Of a stretch of DNA of 52,269 bases, positions 18,867-28,402 are shown in pieces (the stretch's first letter is position 1; every line of letters starts with the position of its first letter). A program made the position numbers and the translations under genes. Source of the stretch: Deltaproteobacteria bacterium. GTDB lineage: Bacteria > Myxococcota_A > Polyangia > Polyangiales > Houyiibacteriaceae. A model generated the notes under the pieces. It was not told the origin of the DNA, did no database searches, and saw nothing but the letters and a program-made list of their open reading frames with translations. Where the stretch lies: contig JAXMNT010000053.1 in the NCBI GenBank assembly GCA_034670305.1, positions 1 to 52,269 of the forward strand, written 5' to 3'.

Positions 18867-19331
18867 TCAGCGGCGTTCGGTGGCCACGTTGACGACGATG
18901 TTGCGTCCGTCGAGTTCGCTGTTGTCGAGCGCTGCGATCGCCTTGGGTGCGTCCTTGCGATCCGCCATGGTCACGAACCCGAATCCGCGCGAGCGGCCGG
19001 TGTCGCGGTCCTTGATCACGGCGGCGTCCGAGACTTCACCGAACTCTTCGAACGCGGCCCGGAGACCGGCGTTGTCGGTCGACTGGCTCAATCCACCCAC
19101 GAACAACTTGGTCGGCACCGGCGCTGCGGAGCGACTTGCCACCGCGCCACCGGCTCCGCCGATCTCTTGCATCGTCTCGGCGATCGATCGCACGTCGCCC
19201 TGGATGTCATCGGCGGTGACGACCTGGATCTCTTGGGGACCCATGTCGCGTTTGTCCGAACGGCGGGCCGCCTTCTCGCGCTTCTTCTGGGCCTTGCGGG
19301 TTTCGCGTGCGCGTTTGTCGGGCGTGGTCAT
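18867..19331 (-). CDS. RRM RNA-binding protein with basic N-terminal extension
   Basis: KLFVGGLS (RNP2), RSRGFGFVTM (RNP1); GGAGGT RBS. Confidence 0.93.
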   Translation of the reverse strand: MTTPDKRARETRKAQKKREKAARRSDKRDMGPQEIQVVTADDIQGDVRSIAETMQEIGGAGGAVASRSAAPVPTKLFVGGLSQSTDNAGLRAAFEEFGEVSDAAVIKDRDTGRSRGFGFVTMADRKDAPKAIAALDNSELDGRNIVVNVATERR

Positions 19332-19518
19332 CGTCGACCTCCACAAAGTGCGAAGGCAGGGGAGAGCGGGGATGGGTGATCAATCAAGTTGCGAGTTCCT
19401 CCAGGAGGTGAACAGGTCGGCTGCCACAGAAGCGTGGAGCGTCTCTATAGCCTTCCATGCGCCTTCGCGCGAGTGGGCGGTGGTTTGCACAGACCGAACC
19501 GTCGCCGAAGAGAGCAGG

Positions 19519-20367
19519 CTAGCCCTCGTCGATGAGCTTCACTCCGTCGCCCGTCAACTCGACGCGCCGGAGTTTGTAGAGCCCGCCGAGCGCCTTCTTG
19601 AACGCCTTCTTGCTCATCGCGAGCCGCGCGTAGATCGCTTCGGGCGCACTCTTGTCGTGCAGCGGCAGAAAGCCTCCCTCTTCGACGATCGCCGCGAGCA
19701 GCGTCTTCTGGGCGTCGTCGATCGCTTCTCGACCGGTGCGCACGAGACTGATGTCGAGCTTGTTGTCCTCGCGGACGAACTTCAGATACCCCTCGAGCCG
19801 CTGTCCGACGACGAGCGCCTGGAACGACTCGTTGCGGTACACGAGCCCCGCGTGTGCGCCGTCGACGACCACGAGCGCCCCGAGGTCGTTGTGGTCGAAC
19901 ACCAGCAGCTCGACCTTCTTGCCGACGGTGAGGTGCTGCACCTCGTAGTCGAGGTAGGGGCCGAGCAAACTCGCGGCCTTCATGCGGCCGTCGCGTTGGT
20001 CGCGCACCACCGCGAACACGAGCTCGTCTCCGACGTCGAGCATCCGGGACTGCTCGTTCGTTGGGGCGAACAGATCTTTGTCGAGCCCCCAGTCCAGGAA
20101 CGCGCCGTGTTCGTTTCGGTCCACCACCCGCAGCAGCGCGAAGTCGCCTGCGGTGGCTTTCGGGACCTGGGTGGTGGCCACCGGGCGGTCTTCGGAGTCC
20201 GTGTAGACGAACACCCGAACCTCGTCGCCGAGCTCCACGTCGACGGGCTCGAACTTGCGCGGGAGCAAGACCTGGTGGTCGGGATCTTCGCCGCCGAGGT
20301 ACAGCCCGAAGTCGGTCTGGGCCCGCACGACGAGGGTCTGAAACACCCCGATCTCGATCTCTGCCAT
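19519..20367 (-). CDS. CvfB/YitL family S1-domain RNA-binding protein
   Basis: VFVYTDSEDRPVAT, GAFLDWGLDKDL, LHDKSAPEAI...MSKKAFKKALGGLYK. Confidence 0.92.
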   Translation of the reverse strand: MAEIEIGVFQTLVVRAQTDFGLYLGGEDPDHQVLLPRKFEPVDVELGDEVRVFVYTDSEDRPVATTQVPKATAGDFALLRVVDRNEHGAFLDWGLDKDLFAPTNEQSRMLDVGDELVFAVVRDQRDGRMKAASLLGPYLDYEVQHLTVGKKVELLVFDHNDLGALVVVDGAHAGLVYRNESFQALVVGQRLEGYLKFVREDNKLDISLVRTGREAIDDAQKTLLAAIVEEGGFLPLHDKSAPEAIYARLAMSKKAFKKALGGLYKLRRVELTGDGVKLIDEG

Positions 20368-20607
20368 GGCGCTTCGAATAGCCCACCCGGACACCGAACG
20401 CGACCCGGGATGGCGGGATCGATGGCGGCGACCGCCCCAGGGGCAACGGCCACGAATCCAACCGTGGTCGCTGCGCGGGTAACGGCCAGGCGTCGAGCCC
20501 GACTGGACCGGACAGCGCGGCCGAGTTCGGTCGTGGACATGAGCACGAAGTCCAGTGGGGGGAACCGTTCTGGTTCATCGCTTGGACGAGAACCAAGGAG
20601 TCAGACC

Positions 20608-21120
20608 ATGCCTTTGTACGACGCGACCGTTCCTCAGATGCGAAAGATGCTCGCCAACCTCGATGGGTGGCTGGAGAAGGCGGAGGCGTTCGCCAAGGAG
20701 CGCGGCTTCGAGGCGGACCGGTTCGTGGACTTCCGCCTCGCGCCGGACCAGTTCGCGCTGGCCCGCCAGGTCCAGGCTTCCTGTGACACCGCCAAGTTCA
20801 CCGCGGCCCGGCTGACGGGCAAGGAAGCCCCGAAAGACGCGGACGACGAGACCACCGTGGCGGCCTTGCGGGCCCGGATCCAGAAGACCCGTGCGTACCT
20901 GGAGACGATCACCGCGAAGGACTTCGAAGGGGCGGACACCCGCGTCGTGAAGCTCCCGTTTCTGGAGGGGAAGGGTGCCCTCGGCGGCGAGTACCTCAAT
21001 GCGTTCGCGCTGCCGAACTTCCTCTTTCACGTGACCACCAGCTACGCGATCCTGCGCCACAACGGCGTCCCGCTCGGAAAGCGCGACTTCATCGGCGGCA
21101 TGGAGATCATGGATCTCTAG
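20608..21120 (+). CDS. DUF1993 domain protein
   Basis: RLAPDQFALARQVQ...ALPNFLFHVTTSYAILRHNGVPLGKRDF; AAGGAG RBS. Confidence 0.92.
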   Translation: MPLYDATVPQMRKMLANLDGWLEKAEAFAKERGFEADRFVDFRLAPDQFALARQVQASCDTAKFTAARLTGKEAPKDADDETTVAALRARIQKTRAYLETITAKDFEGADTRVVKLPFLEGKGALGGEYLNAFALPNFLFHVTTSYAILRHNGVPLGKRDFIGGMEIMDL

Positions 21121-21229
21121 CAAGCAGCCAGGAAGCTTTCGGCGCACCGGCCGTCTGCGATCAGAAGGGTGGTCCTTCTTGACCGATCCCCATGCGGGGA
21201 TTAACAGGGCACGGCCCGGCAACGGGCGC

Positions 21230-21302
21230 GGGCTGTTAGCTCAGTTGGTAGAGCAGTGGACTTTTAATCCGACGGTCGTGGGTTCGAGCCCCACACGGCC
21301 CA
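21230..21302 (+). tRNA. tRNA-Lys (TTT)
   Basis: Cloverleaf: GGGCTGT/ACGGCCC acceptor stem, D arm GCTC/GAGC, loop CTTTTAA, GGTTCGAG T loop; CCA not encoded. Confidence 0.96.
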
Positions 21303-21385
21303 CCGCGGAAAACGAACACGAAAAAACGCGCAATCTGGCACGGGCCAGCGCTCAAAAATGTGCTAGTTAGCCGCCCAGTTCGAGA

Positions 21386-21458
21386 GTCCCCATCGTCTAG
21401 TGGCCCAGGACCCTGGCTTTTCACGCCAGTAACGCGGGTTCAAACCCCGCTGGGGACG
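21386..21458 (+). tRNA. tRNA-Glu (TTC)
   Basis: GTCCCCA/TGGGGAC acceptor stem, CTGGC-TTTTCAC-GCCAG anticodon arm, GGTTCAAA T loop; CCA not encoded. Confidence 0.96.
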
Positions 21459-21500
21459 CCCAGTCCGAGTCGGAAGGTCCACCGCCTCGGAAACCCAAAC

Positions 21501-21534
21501 GAAACCGCCTCTGGCTCACGCCAGGGGCGTTTTC
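21501..21534 (+). terminator. intrinsic terminator after the tRNAs
   Basis: cgcctctggc-tcac-gccaggggcg stem followed by tttt. Confidence 0.7.
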
Positions 21535-21681
21535 ATTGGAGCGGAGCCGCACGGCGCCCGATGGTGCTGGTGGCGTTCGGCACCTTCCGAGGTAGCTGAA
21601 GCTCCTCTTGAGGGACGGTGTTCGGGCCATCGAGGAATCGTGTGGCTCCCCTCCCTGGGGTCGGTGCGCTACGCTCTCGGC

Positions 21682-23013
21682 ATGACGGAGCGGAGGTCGG
21701 GGGTGAGCCTCTCCGCGTGGCGCCAGGCGACGATGCTCGCTTGGCTGGTCGCGTGGACAGCGCTGGCGGGATGCGACGGCGACACGGCCGCCGAGGACGC
21801 GGGTGCTGGGGACGCCAGCGGCTTGGACGCCAGCGTCTTGGACGCCAGCGTCATGGATGGGGCCGGCGCAGACGGGGAGGCCGCCGACGGCGGAGAGCCC
21901 ATGGACGCTGGACCAGATGCTGCAGCGAGCGACGCGGCGCCCGACTCGGGCGACGCTGGGCCGCCGCCCCTCCGTATTCTGTCGGTCGCAGCGGGCTTCG
22001 ACTTCAACTGTGCACTCCGCTCCGACGGGGTGGCGTTGTGCTGGGGGAACAACAGCCAGGCCCAGCTCGGGGATGGGTCCGGGGGGATCCCGCGACCGGA
22101 GCCGCTTCCGGTCGTCGGGGGGCACGCGTTCGCGTCCCTCGCCGCCGGCGACGACCATGTCTGTGGGGTCACGCGGTCTGGCGACCTGTACTGCTGGGGC
22201 GCCAACTTCGCCAGGCAGGTGGGCGACCCCGCCGAGGGGCTCCCGCATGGGACGCCATTCTTCGTGCGCGGCGACGTCAGCACTGTGGGCGCTGGCGGAC
22301 GGCACACCTGCCTGATTGACCGCGTGGGCGCCGTTGGATGTTTCGGGGAGGGCGATCGTTCGCAGCTGACCGGCGACCCGGTCAGGGCGACCGCAACGGT
22401 GCAGGCCGTGACGTTGCCCGCCACGGCCAGCGCCATCGCGCTCGGCCGCTGGCACAGCTGCGCGCTCGTGATGAACAGCCTCCACTGCTGGGGTGAGAAC
22501 GCGGACCTACAGCTCGCGCGGGCGGACACGACGGACGGCTCGACCGGCCCCGTGACCGGACTCGAGGCGGTCAACGCGTTCGGGCTGGGGTACGCACATT
22601 CCTGCGCCCGCCACGGGGCGGGCACCGCGTGCTGGGGCGCTGGTGGCGTCGGCCAGCTCGGCGACGGGGAGACGTTGAGCCGGTCGACTCCGGCTCCGGT
22701 GTCACTTGCCGACGTCGTCCAGGTGGACGGTGGGGAACAACACACCTGCGCGCGTCGCGACAGCGGAGAGATCTGGTGCTGGGGCTGGGACCGCTACCAG
22801 CAGATCGGCGGCGGCGGGGACCGATCGGAGCCAGGGCGGATCCTGCTCGACGGCCCTGCGCGCGACCTCGCGGTGGGTGGCCAGCACACCTGCGCGGTGC
22901 TCGACGACGGTCGGGTGTTCTGCTGGGGCCGGAACATCCAGGGGCAGCTCGGCACGTCGGAGGCAGGCTCCGAGAGCGCGGCGCCGGTCGAGGTCGAGGG
23001 CCTTCTCCCGTAG
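21682..23013 (+). CDS. RCC1-repeat beta-propeller lipoprotein
   Basis: Lipobox LAGC, DAG-rich linker, repeated G..HTCA......CWG.N..GQLG. Confidence 0.92.
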   Translation: MTERRSGVSLSAWRQATMLAWLVAWTALAGCDGDTAAEDAGAGDASGLDASVLDASVMDGAGADGEAADGGEPMDAGPDAAASDAAPDSGDAGPPPLRILSVAAGFDFNCALRSDGVALCWGNNSQAQLGDGSGGIPRPEPLPVVGGHAFASLAAGDDHVCGVTRSGDLYCWGANFARQVGDPAEGLPHGTPFFVRGDVSTVGAGGRHTCLIDRVGAVGCFGEGDRSQLTGDPVRATATVQAVTLPATASAIALGRWHSCALVMNSLHCWGENADLQLARADTTDGSTGPVTGLEAVNAFGLGYAHSCARHGAGTACWGAGGVGQLGDGETLSRSTPAPVSLADVVQVDGGEQHTCARRDSGEIWCWGWDRYQQIGGGGDRSEPGRILLDGPARDLAVGGQHTCAVLDDGRVFCWGRNIQGQLGTSEAGSESAAPVEVEGLLP

Positions 23014-23020
23014 CGTGGCG

Positions 23021-24436
23021 ATGAGCCCGTCCGAAGCACTCGACCGGCTCCGGTCATCGGAACTGTTCGCCGAAGACTACCCGGCGCGCGGTTCGTCTCC
23101 GGAGGCGGGCATCCTTGCGATCAGGCGCTCCGACTGCGGGCCTCTGGTGGAGTGGGTGCGCGTGCTGGGGCACGCGAAGTACATCCCGGCGGTGCCCCTG
23201 CTCGTGGAGTTGTGGAACGCATGCGCCCTGGTGCCGGTCCGGAACGCCGCTGGGCACGCGCTTCGGAAAATCGGCACCCGTCCCGCCCGCGCCGCGCTCG
23301 AGGCCCTCATCGAGGAACCCGAGTCGGTCCAACTCGCGGTCCACGCGATCTTCGACGCTGACCCGCCCCGCGCCTTCGACCGTTGCGTCCACCACTTCGA
23401 GCCCGGTGCGCTCCAGTTGGACCGTGGGGTCACAACCGCGACGGCCATCCTGGCTACGTTCTGCCCCAGCATGTTCCGCTTCGTCGGGGGAGTTCTGGTT
23501 CCGGAGTGGACGGAACCTCGCGCTCCGGAGTGGTTCCTCGCGGACCGTCGTTGGATGAAACTCTGCATCCAGCTTCGGCACCACGAGTTGCTCGGACCCA
23601 CGGCGAAGGATGTGCTTCGTTCGAATGACCAGAACGTTGTTCGACCGGCCCTCGAGGAGGCGGTAGCGACCCAGCCACCGCGTGCCATCACCGCCACGTC
23701 AAATGGGCCGGGGGATCTGCTCACCCGCTACCAACGAGGCGCGCACGAGGCCGTATGGCGCGAGCTTCGAGCGTACGAAGCCATTGACGGGGCGCTTCGA
23801 GCAGAAGCGCTTGCTGTCGCCCAAGCGACGATGGTCCGCGTCGCGCGGGCGGCGGACCAGTTGGCGGAGCGGCTCGCCCAACAAGAGTGGACGGTGATCG
23901 GTGGTGCGCTCCGCACGGCGTTCGAGCCGCCAGACCTGGACGCCATCGAGGGGATCGAACAGCGGACGGGCTCCCTGCCGCCAAGCCTGCGCGCGTTCTG
24001 GGAGGTGGTGGGGAGCGTCGAGTTCGTGTGGGACCATGACCGCAGCGAGGAGCCACCCTCGCTTGGTGTCGGGGTGCCGATGGACACCATGGACCCGCTT
24101 TCGATCGGGCCGGCTCGATGGAGCTCGGACCGGTTCGAGGACTGGGACGAGCTGAACCACGATGTGCACCCCGAACTCTGGCGGCCCTACGAACTCGATC
24201 TCGCACCCGATGTTCTGTGCAAGACGAACATCAGCGGCGGGCCACCCTACGGCGTGGAACTTCCGTTTCGAGGCGCCGACCCAATCCTCCAGAACGAGGC
24301 GCACCATCTGCCCTTCGTCGACTACCTGCGGCTCTGTATGCGCTGGGCGGGTTTTCCGGGTCTCGAGGCACACGCCGACCGGGAGGACGTGCGGGCGTTC
24401 GTCGAAACGATGTCCAAGGGCCTCGAGCCCTTCTGA
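23021..24436 (+). CDS. HEAT-like N-terminus plus SMI1/KNR4 (SUKH)-like C-terminal domain
   Basis: VRNAAGHALRKIG HEAT-like helix pair; IEQRTGSLPPSLRAFWEVVG and LPFVDYLR...WAGFPG. Confidence 0.65.
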   Translation: MSPSEALDRLRSSELFAEDYPARGSSPEAGILAIRRSDCGPLVEWVRVLGHAKYIPAVPLLVELWNACALVPVRNAAGHALRKIGTRPARAALEALIEEPESVQLAVHAIFDADPPRAFDRCVHHFEPGALQLDRGVTTATAILATFCPSMFRFVGGVLVPEWTEPRAPEWFLADRRWMKLCIQLRHHELLGPTAKDVLRSNDQNVVRPALEEAVATQPPRAITATSNGPGDLLTRYQRGAHEAVWRELRAYEAIDGALRAEALAVAQATMVRVARAADQLAERLAQQEWTVIGGALRTAFEPPDLDAIEGIEQRTGSLPPSLRAFWEVVGSVEFVWDHDRSEEPPSLGVGVPMDTMDPLSIGPARWSSDRFEDWDELNHDVHPELWRPYELDLAPDVLCKTNISGGPPYGVELPFRGADPILQNEAHHLPFVDYLRLCMRWAGFPGLEAHADREDVRAFVETMSKGLEPF

Positions 24437-24442
24437 CGGCCG

Positions 24443-25216
24443 CTACCGGGCGGCGCGCAGGACGTGGAAGTCGCCGGCCAACTCGGCAAGGTAGAGTTCG
24501 AGTCGGCTGTAGCCCGCGTCGTTGACGACGTCGCTCGGTGGCGCCCATCCGATGGGTACGCCCTCGTCGTCGAGCGTCTCGGGGTCGCGGGTGCTCGACG
24601 GGTAGTCGGGGAAGACGAACGTGGCGCTGTCGCCGAGCTCGGTGGCGCTCGGTCCGGTCCCGGTGCGCGCCCACTCGAGGTAGCGCTGGTCGATGACGTT
24701 CACGTTGTAGGTCGTGCCGTCTTCGTTGAACCGGACGCCGGCGCCAGCGTTGCGCAATACGTCGTCTTTCACGCCGGCCGTCGGACCGATGGTCACCGGG
24801 ATGGGCGCCGGTTCGGAGGGTGCCGTGCGCCGGGCGGCCATGCCGACCGTGGTGCCGGCGGTGCCGCGTTCGGTGTCCATGAAGTACGTCAACATCGGCC
24901 AGTTGTCGTCGTCGAGGCTTTGGAACTCGCTGCCGTCCCGATCGATGATCAGGTTCTCCGCCAAGAAGAAGTTCTCGTCGACGTGAACCGGTGGCGTGAG
25001 GTTGTAGTACTCGTTGTGATCGAACTTGTGCATGTACTGGTAGTCGAGCGCGAAGTTGTACGGCGCGGCCTCGTAGTAGTTCCGGTAGATGTCGATCGGT
25101 TGGTTGCCGCCGGTGTGTCGGCTCATGCGGAACTGCCAGCCGTAGATGTAGTTGTTGTACATCTGGTCCGCGACCGTGCCGTTGCCCGCGGTGGCTGAAG
25201 CCGACCCGATGCTCAA
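24443..25216 (-). pseudogene. C-terminal fragment of a pectate lyase-like (beta-helix) secreted protein
   Basis: YNNYIYGW, RNYYEA, VLRNAGA, IDQRYL, DDEGVPIGW, GYSRLELYL tail; no signal peptide or N-terminal half; weak TTG start. Confidence 0.55.
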
Positions 25217-25229
25217 CTCACCTGCCTCG

Positions 25230-26168
25230 TCAGAAAGCGTCGACGCAGGTGACTGTTTCGTTGGCTGGGTCGAGGGAGGCGGCGGTCACGTAGAGTCGGT
25301 CGCCGGGGTGCATGTTGAGTCGGCCAGTTGGCGAGAAGGGCTGGGACGTGCGGGGGACGGGCCGCCACGACTCCGTCGCGGATGCACCGCGCGGCAAGAC
25401 GACGACCTGCAGCGATCCACCGCAGAAGTGATGGAGCGTGCGTCGCCCGGCCCGAGACGCTTCGAGTCGGACGATGGGCTCCGGTCGAGACCCGCCGACG
25501 CGCTTGGCGCGGATGAGTTGCGGGGCCAGCGCGCGCGCATGCGCGGTGTCCGACGCACCCAAGGAGCCGCTTTCGGGAGGGGACGGGCGGCGCGGCGACA
25601 GGACCGGGGAGCGCGACCAGTTGGCGCTGTCTGGTGCCTCGGCGACGTCGAGCTGCACCCGGTCACTCACGGCGACCGTCAGCACGCTGAGGTCGGCGCC
25701 GAGGTCGCGGGCTCCGTCCGTGATCCGAAGCGCCCACCGCCCACCCGACGCCGGCGACAAACCGACCTCACCCACCCGAACTGCCCGCAGCACGTACCGC
25801 CAGGTGCTGCCTTCCAAGCGCTCGTGCCGTTCGAGCACCAACTCCGGACCTACGAGACCCGCGAGGTCTCTGCGAGGCTCTTCGGCAACCTCATCATTGT
25901 CGACCGCTTCGGTCGCAGCATCTTGGACCGCATCTTCGGCCACCGCAGCTTCGGCCACCGCGTCTTCGACCACCGCGTCCTCGGCCACCGTGCCTTGCTC
26001 GGGAGGATGGACACCTTGCGGTTGAACCTGTTCTGCGGATGCAGGTGCCGACTCGCCCGATGTCTCAGACGCGGCGGGTCCCGTCGGAGTGGGCGTGCAG
26101 GCGATGAGCAGGACGCTCCCCCAGAAGGTGTTGCCGATCAACCACCGACCGCTGCTCCGCTGGCGCAT
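25230..26168 (-). CDS. hypothetical lipoprotein
   Basis: Lipobox LIAC; acidic (V)AEDA repeats; start trimmed to the ATG at 26168. Confidence 0.6.
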   Translation of the reverse strand: MRQRSSGRWLIGNTFWGSVLLIACTPTPTGPAASETSGESAPASAEQVQPQGVHPPEQGTVAEDAVVEDAVAEAAVAEDAVQDAATEAVDNDEVAEEPRRDLAGLVGPELVLERHERLEGSTWRYVLRAVRVGEVGLSPASGGRWALRITDGARDLGADLSVLTVAVSDRVQLDVAEAPDSANWSRSPVLSPRRPSPPESGSLGASDTAHARALAPQLIRAKRVGGSRPEPIVRLEASRAGRRTLHHFCGGSLQVVVLPRGASATESWRPVPRTSQPFSPTGRLNMHPGDRLYVTAASLDPANETVTCVDAF

Positions 26169-26289
26169 GGGTCGATGAGGTACCCGGCGACCGTTGCTGG
26201 GGTCAAGCGCACCATGACGGGCAGCCGGCTTGGACCTCAAGCGGGTCTCGGGATACCAAGTGGTCCATCGCGGACCTGCTCTACTGCGG

Positions 26290-26520
26290 GCGGGCATCGC
26301 GGTCAGCTCTTGGAGGACGCGGGTGTAGTTCTCGACGTCTTGGGCGCCGACCACCAAATGTTGCCGGTTGAAGATCACCGCCGGGACCCACGGATCCCTG
26401 CTTCAGCCAGTACGCTTCGGCGGCGCGCACCTCGTCGGCGAACCGCTGGTCTTCCAGCACGGCCAGGGCTTCGGCCCGGTCGAGTCCGACCTCCGCGGCG
26501 ACGTCCGCCAACACCGCGCC
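26290..26520 (-). pseudogene. DsbA/FrnE family oxidoreductase C-terminal remnant, frameshifted
   Basis: VLADVAAEVGLDRAEA...WLKQG / IRG / VPAVIFNRQHLVVGAQ spread over three frames; the CxxC half is absent. Confidence 0.8.
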
Positions 26521-26554
26521 CGCAGCTGCCTTCCATGCCATACACTGGACCAGC

Positions 26555-27253
26555 ATGGTGAAGACCACCCAGCTGTTGTGTGTTGTCTGCCTTGCCGGAG
26601 CGTGTGCCCCCGACGAGTTGAGAGTGCGCGATTCGGGCGTTGGTGTGACCGACTCGGCGACCGTCGATGCGGAGACGATGGATGCGGTCGTGGTGGATGC
26701 CGGCGACGTCGGTGTGGAGGTCGACGCGATGCCGGAGGACGGCGGTCCGCCCCCGATCGATGCGGGTCCGCCGCCGGTGGATGCCGGACCGACTGGGCCG
26801 GTGGATGCCGGACCGACGGGGCCCGTCGACGAGTTCACCGAGTCCGTCACGTGGCTCCATCCCGACATCTCCGGTTGGCCGATCACCACCGAGCTGACGG
26901 TGACGTTCAGCGGCAGCTCGGTCTGCCTCGAGTACGACAGGAAGAACGTCTGGCCGGAGGTCGAGATCTTCCCGCCCGACGGAACGCTCGTGGTCGCCAA
27001 CGCCTGGGTGTTCGCACAGGACGGCGGCCGCTGGTACGCGGGCACGTTCGAGTGGATGCGCCCCGGCCAGACCTGCAAGGCCATGTCCGCGGTGGAAGGC
27101 GGCCACATCAAGGTCCGTCCCTTCGACGAAGCGTCGGGCTGGAGACCTGCGTCCGGCGAGGTCCTCTACTTCATGGTCAGCGGCCTCATCCGAAACCCGA
27201 GCTACCGAAACGTGATGGAGCGGACGAACATCGTACGCGTCGTCTGGCCGTAG
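26555..27253 (+). CDS. hypothetical lipoprotein
   Basis: Lipobox AGAC; (VDAGP) linker repeats; Trp-rich beta domain. Confidence 0.8.
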   Translation: MVKTTQLLCVVCLAGACAPDELRVRDSGVGVTDSATVDAETMDAVVVDAGDVGVEVDAMPEDGGPPPIDAGPPPVDAGPTGPVDAGPTGPVDEFTESVTWLHPDISGWPITTELTVTFSGSSVCLEYDRKNVWPEVEIFPPDGTLVVANAWVFAQDGGRWYAGTFEWMRPGQTCKAMSAVEGGHIKVRPFDEASGWRPASGEVLYFMVSGLIRNPSYRNVMERTNIVRVVWP

Positions 27254-27307
27254 CGAACGAGTTCATCCCGGCTGGGCCGTGGCAGCCGATCTGCTAACGT
27301 CGCGATC

Positions 27308-28279
27308 GTGGCTGGCCGTGTCTTCTTGGTGGTGGTTCTGCTCGGGTGTGGTGGCGGACTGCTGCCGAGTACACCACTCGAGTTCGAAGCGGGGGATCCG
27401 CTCGTGGCGGAGGGGTTCGGCGCGTGCGACGAACATCAGCCCGAATCGATCGCGCTCGACTCCAACGAGCCGCTGGTCGTCATCGTGCACGGCTGCCGGT
27501 CGTCGGGCAGCGAGTTCAAGAAGCTTTCCGAGGTCTTCGCGTTTCACGGACAGCAGACGGTCTGTTTCAACTACGACCATCGGCGCACCCTGCGGGGCAC
27601 GGCGGTTCGGTTGAGACGCGGACTGGATGCGTTGCGCACCCGAGTGCCCGATCGTGAGATCACACTGCTCGGGCACAGCCAAGGTGGACTCGTCGCGCGC
27701 ATCGCGCTCGCGGAGCTCGACGACGAGGTGCTGTCGGCACAGCACGATCTCCGGCTCGTGACGGTGAGTTCCCCGTTCTCTGGGATCCATTCCGCCCGCC
27801 ATTGCGGTCTGCCCTGGCTTCACGTGCTCTCACTCGGGATCACGCTGGCGGTGTGCCAAGGCATCGCGGGCGCGAACTGGCCCGAGATCCACCCACGCGC
27901 GCGCTATTGGACCGAACCCCATCCGCTCGACCCCGGCGTTCGGGAACACCTTCAGATCGCGACCGACGAAGAAGGGACGTGTCGTGCGCGGGACGAGGAC
28001 GGCGAGTGTGTGGAGGACGACCTCGTGTTCGGTTTGAGCGAGCAGGAGAACACCCGGATGGAGGGTGTCCGGGTGACGTCGCGCCGCATCCGCGCCGGTC
28101 ACGCCGCCGTCGTGGGATCGGCAGGCGCCGAGCCCCATGCGTTGATCGCCCTGCTCCAAGCACACGAGGTGCTTGCCCCGACGCCCGCCGAACGCGAAGA
28201 GGACCTCGCTGAGCTCGTGCACAGCCTCTTCGATCTCCCAGAGACCGCACCGACCCTGCGCGCAACCCGCGGCCCCTGA
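27308..28279 (+). CDS. alpha/beta hydrolase (lipase/esterase-like) lipoprotein
   Basis: LLGC lipobox, VIVHG, GHSQGG nucleophile elbow, candidate Asp (DDLVF) and His (AGHA). Confidence 0.85.
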   Translation: MAGRVFLVVVLLGCGGGLLPSTPLEFEAGDPLVAEGFGACDEHQPESIALDSNEPLVVIVHGCRSSGSEFKKLSEVFAFHGQQTVCFNYDHRRTLRGTAVRLRRGLDALRTRVPDREITLLGHSQGGLVARIALAELDDEVLSAQHDLRLVTVSSPFSGIHSARHCGLPWLHVLSLGITLAVCQGIAGANWPEIHPRARYWTEPHPLDPGVREHLQIATDEEGTCRARDEDGECVEDDLVFGLSEQENTRMEGVRVTSRRIRAGHAAVVGSAGAEPHALIALLQAHEVLAPTPAEREEDLAELVHSLFDLPETAPTLRATRGP

Positions 28280-28402
28280 GCATGCGGCCTCTGGTATGTA
28301 GGTAACGGAGCCACGCGTTTGCCGTACCGACTCCAGTGCCGCAATGGGTCTCTGCGGTCTGGGCGTCGGACATGGGGCGCTGGATGGGGGTGGCGGGCGG
28401 AG

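Noticed and set aside
17518-20607. 1200-aa plus-strand ORF 17518..21120
   Set aside because: Antisense shadow of rhlE, the RRM gene and cvfB; only the last 170 aa (DUF1993, own RBS) is a real gene
21230-21458. Functional link between tRNA-Lys(UUU)/tRNA-Glu(UUC) and the RloC-like ATPase (anticodon-nuclease targets)
   Set aside because: 13 kb apart with housekeeping genes between; the tRNAs look like ordinary chromosomal copies
21430-21460. Prophage/ICE attachment at tRNA-Glu
   Set aside because: No integrase, phage genes or repeated tRNA 3' end seen in the window
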